From: Podarcis pityusensis | Taxonomy: Eukaryota | Assembly: GCA_964106645.2 (NCBI GenBank) | Contig: OZ067045.1 | Reading direction: 5' to 3' (one strand) | DNA: 64,000 bases | Shown: piece by piece, positions 38,301 through 50,300 of the stretch | How the letters are laid out: the number at the start of each line of letters is the position of its first letter | Position numbering within the stretch: position 1 is the first letter of the stretch | Made by a program: the position numbers and the translations under genes | The notes under the pieces: generated by a model | Seen by the model: the letters and a program-made list of their open reading frames with translations, nothing else | What the model was told of the DNA's origin: nothing | Database searches by the model: none

Positions 38301-41300
38301 GAAGCAAGGAGCCCCATATTTTAGCCGGCCATCTCCTGGAAGAGCAGTGCGCCGCACTCATGGTGCTTTCGCCATGCACCTGATCAACAACTAGCTGGCC
38401 CTCTCTGGCCAAGGGTCTTCTGCCTCGGAAGCCCACTTGCCCCACGTGCAACGCAGGTGGGGGGAGAAAAGTGATGAGTCTGACCAGGATAGTCTTTGCA
38501 TCTAACGAGTCCTGCCCTGGAAGTGAGGGGGCAGGGCAGGAATGGTGATGGGTGTCATTTGGAGATGGACTGTATAAGGCCACTTCTCTAAAGGGGATGC
38601 CAAGAGAAACCTGACACCTGCACTGGCGTTCAGTCCTAGGCTAACCACACACTTACCTTCCTTGACCTGCCTGAAACTGGGGAAGCTTCTTCATCACTCC
38701 GGGCATGATCTAAGTAGACGGCAACCCCTTCCTGGATCTAAACTTAACTTCTCTGACCATACAAATGTCAACCAGAGGACTAGGGACGTGTGACGACGAC
38801 ATCTCCCAACGCTCAACATTCAATGTGCGAAATGATGCGTCAGGCACTAAGACACCTGGCCGCTAATGGCGCATGTGATCGAGAGGCAGTGAGGCCATGC
38901 AGAACCAGTAGTGAAAGTTACCTGGATGGGTCTGAATCCTCCCTTCAACAACGAAGCAAGAAAGCAGCAGGAAATAGAAAGAAAGCCAATGGAACAGCTG
39001 ACAGGTCAACAACAGGAGGGGTGGGTGGGGTTCCAGCATGCAACCTAAGGCCCTCCTTCTGCCTAGCCCCTCCAGTAGGCATCGAGGACTCCTCCATGGC
39101 CCGAGTCACCATCATGCAACAGTCTAGGGCTTTCTAAAATTAGTATTTGTTTCACTGACATTAGCTTTCCTCAAAACACAACAAGGGACTAAAGCTTCAG
39201 TGGAAAGAAAATGGTTGGGAAAAGTTGCCCTATCGACAACTACCCTTTCCTGGGGGTCCCTTCTCCTCTCCAACAGAAACAGCCCAATGATCATCAGAAC
39301 CCTGCTAAAATCCTCTTGATGGTCTCAAAAAAAGATGAGAGAAACCAGCCCCAAGTTTAGTGGTCAAGCAGGAAGGGAAGGGAAGGGAAGGGAAGGCTCC
39401 CTGCCTCACAGCCACAGGTTGTCTGCAGAGGACAGAATGAGCCACCTGTCTGAAGAGATCCACCTCCAGGGTGGATAGGGAGGAGGAGAGATGCAGAAGA
39501 CAACCCCTGGGATGCGGCTACAGGCAGGGACAGACAGCTATGCTGGCTATCAAGAGCAGCCTTGCTGGCTTGCAACTCCAGGTTTAGATGGCCATGAGGC
39601 CTCCTCTTTCAATCTTCTGCACAGAAACCAGGACACACAGCAGGCCACTGACAAATTTTGTCCTGCTCTAAGCAGTGCAAGGGGGTTGAGCTCAGGGTCA
39701 AGTCAAACCACAGCCACCAGGGATGTACCGGCTGGCCTCGGACAAGCCTGCCTCAGTTCTCTCTCCTTGGAAAGCAGCCTTGCTGACAGAGAAATCTCAA
39801 GGCTGCGCAATACATCAGCTGGAAAGCTCTCCAGGCATGTAAAACTGGCACAGATGGGATCATAAGGAATTCGGAGATTGTCTGGGCCACCCCTCAAAAG
39901 AACCACTTTCGACCTGCTGAGACAGCCTGTGGGGCGGAGAGAAGGAAAAGTGATGCTTTGGAGCTTTGCATTTTGTTTCCTGTTTAGAGAGCAGACCAGG
40001 TCCAGCAGCCGCTCAGGGACTCAACTAGCCAAAGTCTCTTTGATGATCAAGCAAACACAACGAAGTACCTGACCAGCTTCAAGAGCTGGAAAGAAATCCC
40101 AAAATGCTGCTCTGAAAACAGCACCAGAAAAGGGTCTGGAAGGGGAACATGCAAGACTCCTGCAGCTGCTACTCCCCTCCCAGATCCCAACTCCTGCAAC
40201 TTGCAATACTAACAGACTAGTGAAGAAATTCAGGGTTCCAGACAAGATGATGGAGGCCATGGCTGCAGCAGAGAGCCAGAGATGAATTGGTGTTCTTTTC
40301 TCTGTTTTATAATCGTTCTGTCAAACAGTTCAAAATACCAGCCCCTGTTCCAAATCCCACTGGAGGAGCACTTTGTGCTAAATCAGGAACACAAAGAGTC
40401 AAGGCCAACCCTATGCAGCAGGCCCACTGGCTTGTCCCTGGCCCTCACGGCTGGTGCTGTTAAGACGCAGGCTTTGTGATGGTGGTCATCAGTGGGATGC
40501 CCAGACACACCAAACTTCCCAAGCCCAACAGTTTCAGCTGCCTGACAGAGCAGCCTCCGAATGAGAGGATGAGCAAAACTGCTTCCATTAGGCAAGAGAT
40601 AGGGGGCCTCAGACCCAGGGCCTGAACACAGCTCTCCAGGCTTCTCGATCTGGTGGCCCTCAGGACTCTAGGCAGCACCAATCACTAGCCCTTGCTTTGA
40701 ACCCCAAATGTTTTAGCCTTTCTGGAATGTGCCCTTGACCACTAGTCACACTTCTTGTTTGCCTGAATGGAGGGCAGAGTGAGTGTGTGAACAAATAGCT
40801 CATTTTCTTCCAGCATCAGAGGAGGGGTGGATCTGGCTCAAGGCACCTAGCTGCAGTTTGAGGACAACATCTTGGCTGGGTGGTGGGAAGGTTACTCCCC
40901 TGCTACTGCTTTACTCTCTAACATGGTATCTTGGGACCCTCAGATACTATCTAAGGAAGGGGGGTGGGAGAGAGAAAGAGAGGAAAAAAGAAAGTAAGTG
41001 GAAATGGGAGCTTGAAGATCTCAGAAGAAACCCTGCCCTTTGGAAGGTGACAGAGCCAATCGGGGAGGGCAGGGATTGTTCCACCTGTGTACCACACCAG
41101 AAGTGTGTAGAAGGGACCGAGCCTGCTGGAGAAACAAGACTGGCACAAGAATCCTTGCTCAGCAGTCCCGAAACTAAGAGGCCTGACAGAATTCACAGCA
41201 TCTGCCCAGCGGGAACTAAAATAGAAATTTTCTTAAATAGAAAATGTGATTCCCTAATGAGGCAGGAGTCAAAGGCTGCCAAGGAGAAACCCCTCCCACT

Positions 41301-44300
41301 CTAAGGCAAACCTCAGTTCCTGGTAAGCAGAGTGTTTTCACACCCTCCCTCCTTTCCTTGACAAGGTTTGCTGCTCCTCCCCACAGGGGAGTTCACAGTT
41401 GCTTCCAACAGCTTTGTGTTGCACATCTTTGTGCAAACACTTTGCGCTAATTGAATGAGCGCAGAAGCAAGAAGGGCCCCAGGAATAGCGCTCCTCCTGG
41501 AGGAAGACGTGCCCACAGCCCCCTCGGTCTTCAAATAGCAGTTGGCAAGTTCAATGAGCCTCACCAAGTGTCACAGCAGCTGGGCCGGAGGAGCTGCCAG
41601 TTAATGGCGCGAGCACATGAGTCACACTGACCTGAACATCTTATGACACAATAACTGCAGGAAATGATGCCTCTGAGAGTGCTCTGCATTAGACTATCAG
41701 AGTTCCTGTCATTTTCAATGGCAGGAGAGAGGGAAGGAACCTCAAGCTGCACCTGATAACCAAGAAGCTCTCCACAACTCTCCATCAATCCAGTTGCCTC
41801 CTCATCACCCATTTGCTTTGAGCCATTTGGTAACATGTGAAGTTAAGCTGAACTCTGGTTCCAAGCTAACCCTTGATTATTTTGAGTTGGGTTTCTAATC
41901 AATGGGACACCATAAAGGTTTACGGCAAGTTACAACACTTTTCAAAGCCGTCTCTAAAGCTAACCTAACTGTAACCGCGTCTAGCACTGAAGATGGTAAA
42001 AGGATATTTGAAAATCTACAGCACCAGCCAGGAAGCCCAGTACTCCCCTGCCCCCCACTGATATGGACCCTTTTAACAGCCACAGAAAATATGGGATCTG
42101 GCATCTCCAGCATGTAGAACTGAAGAAACCACAACATTTTAACCAGAAACAGCACCTCTAAAAGCCACACCCCTCCACACAGCAAGTAGCAGCCACAAGA
42201 GTAACTCAGGCTGTCTGTTGGGGGGGGGGAGGGAGAGAGAAGATGAGCACATCATAATTAACTTATTCCCTGATGATTTAAGGCTACATGGGGAGGAACC
42301 CCCCTCCTATGATGTGACTTGTGTGATGGGCTACACAGACCTACACTTTCACCACTCCAGTATGCTTCGGCTCAGATGAAACAACAGTGCAACCCCCTTC
42401 TCATGAGTTGTTTCTGACCAAGGATGGGTTGTAGAAATGTGGCGGACTCATAGGTCCATCCACAGCAGTCAACCTCAGATGCTGAACACCTCCCCTAGAT
42501 GCTGCCTTGAAGGGGGCATGGATGGTGGGCTGGGCCAGCCCCACAAGACCAGAGAAAAACCCCTGAACCCAGAATCCAATTTCACTATTCAAGATTTTTC
42601 TCGTGTTTCCAACTTAGCATGGCTCTATTTGGTAAAGAAAATCAAGCAGTCTCCTGACTGCGGTAGACGTTCATAGTGTTTTTATTTCAGGTGGAATGTT
42701 GCCATCCTCAGAATGGAAAGTACTTGGGAGTATTGTAATGTGGCAATTGCTCCGGGCAAGTCTTTTGGATTCTGACCCCATTTCCCCTGGTGCCCAAGAG
42801 AACTAGATAACCAAACTAAGCACACACACACACGCACGCACACCCCTGACCAAGCAAACATCAAAGATCCCAGACCAACAGCCATCAGAAAGCTTTGTGG
42901 CAGCAGCAAAAGCCAGGGAGCACAGTTAGTGGGGTTGTTAATTGATGCAACAGAATTAGTAACCGTTAGAAGCTGAAGCTTGACTGTGCCATGGGGTTAG
43001 GGGGCTCTTTAGAAAGGGGGGGTTCTAAGAAAGCAAGGTGCAGGACATGGCCTGCGGAATTAGTGGAGGGCCAGCCAAGTAACACCCCCCCCCGCACATT
43101 TTCCTCCCAACCAGTTGGCAGCAAAGGGGAGGCGTAGTGAAGAGGGGCAAGGAGGGTACTGTACCTGATGATGATGGGCAGGTCGAGGCCCCGCTGCAAA
43201 CTGAGGAGAAGCAGGAGAAACAAAAACACAAAAAGGAAAGGCACAGAGAGTCAGAAACACCACAACAAAAGGCAAAAACTGTCACACTGTATGCAAAAGA
43301 AACCCACAAGGGGAAATCAAACAAAAAACCCAACACACATACACACACACTCTCAGGGTCAAAGCTGTGCTGCAGGACAGTGACAGACAGGTACCAAAAA
43401 CCCAGAAGGTAAAACTCTGCTGCCAGGTGAATGCACTGCTCAAAATGTGGGTGGTGGAGGTGCCTGCCAAAGTTGTTAGATAGCCAAAAGACACCCTAAC
43501 ACTAACATAGTTGAAGGAGGGCAGGGGGAGAAGGGTTTGCTGAAAAACCAAACACTAAGTTATTATTTTAAAAAAGCAAGGCAGGCCAGCCCTTGCTGAT
43601 GCGCATCAAAGCTGAGTGCAGGATGGAGAGCCCTGTCTGTGGCACAGCCACAACTTGAAAGACAAGTCAGCCTCACCTAGGGATACTGATATCTTGGCAT
43701 ATATGAAGCTTTCTAAGTGCAGCTGTAGAAACCTCTAAAAACTTCACTGGGCTCTCCTTCCTTTTTTAACGGAAAGCAAGCAAAATCCTGCGGCATATTC
43801 AGTGCAGCTGAGCGTGTGGGGACGGGTAGACCTGCAATGCTGTGGAATCAACTCAATGTTTCTCCCCTATCCTCTCCCACAAGAGAAAAGCCACACTCAC
43901 TATTCCCCCCCCCCCCCGGAACATTAACAGAAAATCTGCTATGAACAATAAAGCAAAAAAGGAGACTGCAAATGAGTTCACAACAACAACCAACAAGCAG
44001 AGAGAGTGTCATCAGAAATCAAGGAAACTACCAGAGCCTTCAGATCAACTGCCACTACCTTGCGGAAACATCTGGAGAGTTCAAGCTCTTTCTCAGCAGA
44101 AACCAGCTTTCCTAAGTGCCAAAGTTTACTGTGATACACTTAAATAACCTACTTTCTACACCAAATATAATATTCAGAAACAGAAACGGCAGACAGTCTC
44201 TCACTAGCATACAAACCTACAGAACAGGCTGCAGCGTCTATTTCAGGCAGAAAGAGATCACTTGTTTTCCATCAAAACGCCTAACAGATAAGTGTCATTT

Positions 44301-47300
44301 TTTTCTCAAAACCTCAATGTGCTCCTTGAAACTTCCTAAACACTTTAACACAGCTGAACGGACAGTTTCTGGCCCGTTTGCTCAACTCTGCCATTCTACT
44401 GATCCTCTAGCTGTTGAGAAACACACAAATTGAGAGCAAGAATTGGCTGCTAGTTCTTATATTAAATTTGGCACAGAAATATGGTTCAAAATTTGCTCTG
44501 CCTCTAGTGTGAAAAGTGGGGGCACAAGCAAAGTAGGATGGTAAATATCTGACCAGAGAAGCATAAAGCATTAAGCATGTCTACTTCTGGTTAAATAGGT
44601 TGAGGGATAGAAAGTCTATATTCCCAGAAAATCAGCAAATGCACACCAGTAACAGACCAAAAAAACTGGTGTTCATCTGTCCAAAAGCAAAAGTACCTGT
44701 CTTATCACTGTTCCACAGGAAGTATCACTTCTAAACAGCTCAGAAATCAGAGCCAGATAGTTGCAACTTAATAAAATTATGTGAAAACCAACGGTCCAGT
44801 AAATATGTTATATGAAAAATAAATAAAACTTCAACGTTAGTGGGAGGAAAAAAGAAAGACCCTAGTCTATTTTGCACTTGTCACCATTGGCTATTGGCTG
44901 CATAATTCCTGCGGACAGAATTCTTTCTCTCTGCCTCTCTCTCTGCCCCTCTCTCTATTAAGTAACTGTAAGCAACAGAACAAACTGTAGTCACTGCTGG
45001 CTCAGATTAAAAATAGGTTTCCTTTTTCCCTTTGCCTGGAGTTACAATTTTTGCCTGCCAGATGCTGGTCTTGCTTCCAATTCCTTCTGTGAATATTTGG
45101 CAGGGGGCCCCCTCTCCCGTCATGGGTTAAAGCTGCGTTGTGGGCACACTGGCTGTGGCCATTTGAAAACAAAGCCTCCCACTATAGCTCTTCTCTTCCC
45201 CACTTCAGCATTTTTGCTACGATGGCCAAATTGCTTTAAAAAGAAACAAAAACCTGTTGCAATTTAGAAATTCACTGAAAAGTTTTTAAAGTCTTCCCAA
45301 CTGGAATTAGCATGCAGAGTGTGAGGCACTGGCCCTGCCGTAACAGAAAACTTGCCTGGGAATGACACCAAGCTACCTGAATGGCAAAGGTAGCCGTGTC
45401 CAGGCAGAGGCTGTGCAATTGCCAATGGCCCTTGAATGCAGAAATAGATTGGAGTAAGCTGAAGGGCAGCTATGGGAAGAAGAACTAGGGTCCCTTCATT
45501 TGCCAGCACAAAAACAACTCCAGGGCCCACCAGCTCCCTCAGCTGGGGCTCTGGTGCCATAGTGGGTGGGGGGCTGTCTCTCTTTCTCTCTCTCTCGCTC
45601 TCCCTCGCTCACCCTCCCCCAAGCCTCCCTTCAGGGCCACAAAGGGGGGACGGGGAGAATAAACCAATGGAAACCAAGCCCAGAACGAAATGCAAGAGCT
45701 GCTTAGCCTAGCCCATTTTGCATTTGTTTTGGACTTGCGAGGGGAGGAGGAGAGGTGAGTGGGGGAAATGAAATGTTATGTGAGCAATTTTTAGTCATGG
45801 GGTGGTAATGATCACAAAACGTGACGATGGCAGAAGACTGCACGCAGGGTAATATTTTAGAGGGGGGATTGTTCATGACCACAGAAAAATGGCTGACGTT
45901 ATAGGTAGCTTCTTCTGTCTTAAGGTTTCTGCCAAAATTGGGGAAAGTTCCTGTTTTGAGGAGTTCTTGCCAATTTCCCTTGAGTGACTAATCCAATCAA
46001 ATGCAAATCCCCCACAAGGGCTAGAAAAGTAAATCTCAGGTACCTGATCACTCAGACCACCTGAAAAATTTGTAATAGGGTTATTGGGTTGTGGCTGTTG
46101 TGGGTTTTTTTTAAGGAGGGGGCACCCTGCCTCAATTTCTTCCTGCCACCACCTTCGACAGCCTTGGCCCCTTCCAAACTGCCGCTGAATGTGGCAGCCC
46201 GCAAGACACAGCGGCTTAAAGCAGAGATCGGATCAGTGCTTTTCTGTAGATCAGTCAACAATGTGGTCAAAAAATGAAACCAAAAAAAAGCAACAGAACT
46301 GAAAGGGGTGCCGCGGGGGCACGACTGCCTGCAAGAAGGGAGTACAGTTTGTTATATTGCTTACAATGCAGTATTTTATCCAGCCTCTTCCCGCCAAGGA
46401 CCTGTAAACCGGACTCTGTTCCAAAACCTTCCTCCGCTTCCAGTTGTCTGGGCAATGTACTGGCACTGCTCTGCTGGGCTGTCAAGAAAACTGGTTTAGA
46501 GACACGGCTCTCGAGTCAGACTCTCCCCTCTCGTTACAGCCATGAATGTTTCAGCTCTTGCTTTTTGCGCATCGTAACAGGGAGGAACATGCCCTACTAC
46601 AGTAAGGGTGGCTGGGGATGGAAGGGTGTCCCTTCTGCTGCTCAATACCAGTTTGTCATAGAGCAGGATTGTGGCCAACTACTGGGGCTGAGTGAGGAGG
46701 GAATGAGCTGGAGGGTCCTTTTCTAGACAAAAAACAAGAGTGTGCAGCTGGAACCAGCAGGGCTGTGAGCACAGGAGCCCAGAATTGCATTGGCCGCAGG
46801 AAACAAGTTTCTCCTTCCCCACTCGCTACAAGCCCTTTAAAGAAGGGGGCAGTAAAAGGTAAAGACACAAAGGGAGGGGTGTCCATGCATCTACCACACA
46901 ACAGCCACCACCAGAAGACACACCCTTGAAAGGCACAGGTTGTATCACTCAAACTTATGATGCAAGGTGGTATGGATCAACACAAGAGATTGAAGCCGGG
47001 CTCAGGGCCCCCTCTGGCAGCAGGGCACCAGTACCGTAGGCAATGACAGAAGTGCCCAGGAGTAGGCATTTACAGGCTTCTGGAGAGCAGGCAGGCAACT
47101 CAAAAAAGGATCTGACTCTTCATCTCTGAGAGCCCCAGAGGGCTTCAACACTACGTCACTTGTGCCACCTGGAAGCAGAGGGGAAGTCCTTCGGGTGCCT
47201 TTTTCTCAGGGAAGCTACTCGCAGAAAGGTTAGGAAGTGCAACGCAATGGCTTTGCTGGACGGCTGGACAGATGCAGCACAACACGCAGGCGAAATAAGG

Positions 47301-50300
47301 GCTCCCTTACCGGCGAGCGCGTCTGAGGCTGGGTGCTCATCGTCTGAGGGGCCTGCGGGTACACCAGCGTAGTCGGTGCGGCGTTCTGTCCAGAGGGGTA
47401 AGGGGCCTGCCATGGGAGAGAGAAGAAAGATGGTTAAAGACATGACAAGCAACGGCAACCGGGATGGAAACTGCCTTCCCGCTGCTGCCTCAACTCTCAA
47501 CTAGACTCACACTTTGTACCTTCAGACATATGCCATTGATGCAAAAGCCCGGATACAAGGAACTAACCTTAACTTCAGGTTTTCAACAGGGGTGTCTACT
47601 ATCTCACTTAAAAGCAATGGTTATCTTGAAGGCACTTAACTGCAACATTTGCCATGTTGGGTCAAGAGCAAGAATCTGTCCAGCCCAATGTTTCATCTCC
47701 TGAATGATGCTGGGGGGGGGGGGGGGGCTGAACCATGGCAGAGATAGCTGTCCTCTGTGTCTGCCAGCAGTGCCTGTAGGCCAAACCATTTGCTTCTGAG
47801 ACTCTATACACCAGGTACTCCCACCCTGCTGGCTTGCTCACCTCACTGACACAGAATCTCACACACCTCATCCTCCTCCCTGCTGGATGGCTCAGTGGCA
47901 CACTTAGTGCCAGAAATGTTTTGCTAATTCATGCCAAGAAGCAGCAGAATATTCAGCCCGTTACAATATTCATCAGGAGACTATTTGGCTCGAGAAAAAC
48001 ATTTCCGGATTTATGTCACAGTGATGCGACTGAGGCTTAGTGCCTCTTTATAAGACAGGACAATGGCAGCTTGCACATCTGACACCCACACAGTTTTAGA
48101 AGACTTTAAAAAAGAAGCTCTACTGTTGCCCTTTGACTCTATGTGGCCAGGAGTTAAATGCACCTTCCTTCTTGCTCCCATTAACAGTCCAAGCCTCCTT
48201 GTAAGACTACAGCAAACAGCCCCGTTCCCAGGCCCCTTGGTTGCTCCAGGGCCCTGTAGAGGAGGAAATAAGGGCCTTTGCAAAAGGCAGCAACACAGAT
48301 AAAGCAGGGAAACCTCTTGCAGCCAGTTAAGTCTAAGCAATGACACCTCAACTGTCATTTCACAAGAAAAGCAGTGCCTTCTCCTAACAGGCCCCTGCGT
48401 AAGGCCAGCTTGTTGGTAGGAGGGGAAGCCTGCCCAGCAACAGAGCTCATAACACAGGCTGGAGGACCCATTCACATAAGCAAGCAAACTCCCCATCACC
48501 CCATTTCAACAGAGGCAGCCCACTCAACAGAACACCACACCCTGAGCCCCGGAGCAGTCCTACAGCTTAAAGCAAGTTGCAGTGCGAGAGCAGCATACCC
48601 TTCCTCCATAGCCAGTTTTGACACACAGGCTATGAAAGGAAAAGTTCTTCCACCAAGCAGACTGGCAGAGGAGGCTCAGTTATCTATCCTGGTTGTGGAG
48701 GATGAAACCTTCCTTCCACTGCAGCTAAAACAGGACTCAAACAGACTGATGGTGGTAGAGAAATGGAGTGATCTATCCCTCCTCCGTTAGTCCATTCACA
48801 TGCCTGAACAGAATTCCCGGTCACTTATGGCTACCAGGCTAGTGCTTAACTGCAAGGCTGGTACAAAGGGTAAGCCAACTGACAACTGTATGCAGGTTGC
48901 CTGTGCGCGCCAGGCTCAATCCATAATTGGTCTCTGGGTGTTCAAACAACTGCCAGGTTTAGAGCAATTCCTGTTGCCCTTCCATCAGGGCTCACCAACC
49001 CATATGCCCCCTAAAAGATGCTATAGACACCTCCACAAGCCATTGCTCAATTCTGCCCATCCTTCAAGGCTCTCACTGAAACATGTGACACTTGCCTTTT
49101 TTCCATCCCAGCTGAATGGGATAATTATCTTGCCTACTGATCTCTGCTTGGCACAGAAAGATGAATGCACATGAGAATTTTAATCGGCTTATTTGTCTGA
49201 AAAGTGGTGGATCATTAAAGTTTATTCTGTTCAGCATTTTATGATTTGCCTGCCAGATGCAATGAGAGAACCAGGGAGTGGATCATTCTAAAATTCAGGG
49301 AGATAAAATACTGCTGTGCATATGTGTGTGCGTATGGGAGGTGTGTGTTTTTTGTGCACAGAGGTACTTTTTTTTTTTTTTTTTAAAAAGAGAGTCTCTT
49401 ATCATCAGGTACATGTGACTACAAACACTCAAAGCAGGGCATAAGGCAGTCATTTGGCTCATATTCAATGCAGAATTTCAAGATGGACCAGGCTAGGTTT
49501 CAAAGTCAGCAGCTCAAAACTGTGAGATCTTGGACCTCAAGAGTACACAGCTGAACAAAGGGATCAGTGGCAGAAATGTGGTAAAACACAATTAGTAACA
49601 CCCTCTTAGGTCCCTAGTCGGAACCCATTGCAAGGTTGCAACCTAGCCTAAAACAAGTTGCAACAGCAACAGTGCTACCACCATACAAATAAATGGCAAA
49701 AAAAGAAGTGGGTACCCTAATGCCATTCTGGGCTAAGGATAGGTGCTGAATCTGAAAAGGTTGAATGAAAACTCCTCCTAAAAGGGGTGTGTGACAATAA
49801 ATCATACTGTCCTTCCCTTATTACAGTCAATAGATTAAAGTCAAGTGCAGCTTTCTGAGACCGGGTGGATTTTGGTCCCACCTTAGCACTGGACAAGCCC
49901 AATACTCTGGAAGGGACTCTGGAAGTCATCTAGTTTAAGCTGCTGCTCAAACAGCACCCTATTTAAGAAAAGTTACTACAGGGTATGCACAGATACTCAG
50001 AAGCAGTTTGCTAATTAAAACATGCCAGAAAAACAATCACTACTGTAGTGATTTGCCTTTGACAGAGGCAAAATCCAAAGCAGGCACCTAACCACCTTCC
50101 ATGCTGGTGGAAGGGAGGGGCAACAGAGGGCAGCCAGGGCAGCCTGAAGCAGCAAAATAGCATTTTTCAGGAGCTGTTCAGTTGCATGGCTCTGGGGATG
50201 ACCAGATGTTTGAAGCCTGCAACTGTCTTGTTAGGTGGAGTGAAATGGCAAATCAGACAAAGATGCAGCAAGGTCACTTAGGAAGCAAATTTTGGCTCCA

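Noticed and set aside
46044-46060. 17-nt stop-containing microexon (tttcag|GTGGTCTGAGTGATCAG|gtacct)
   Set aside because: Weak donor and no independent support; expected by chance.
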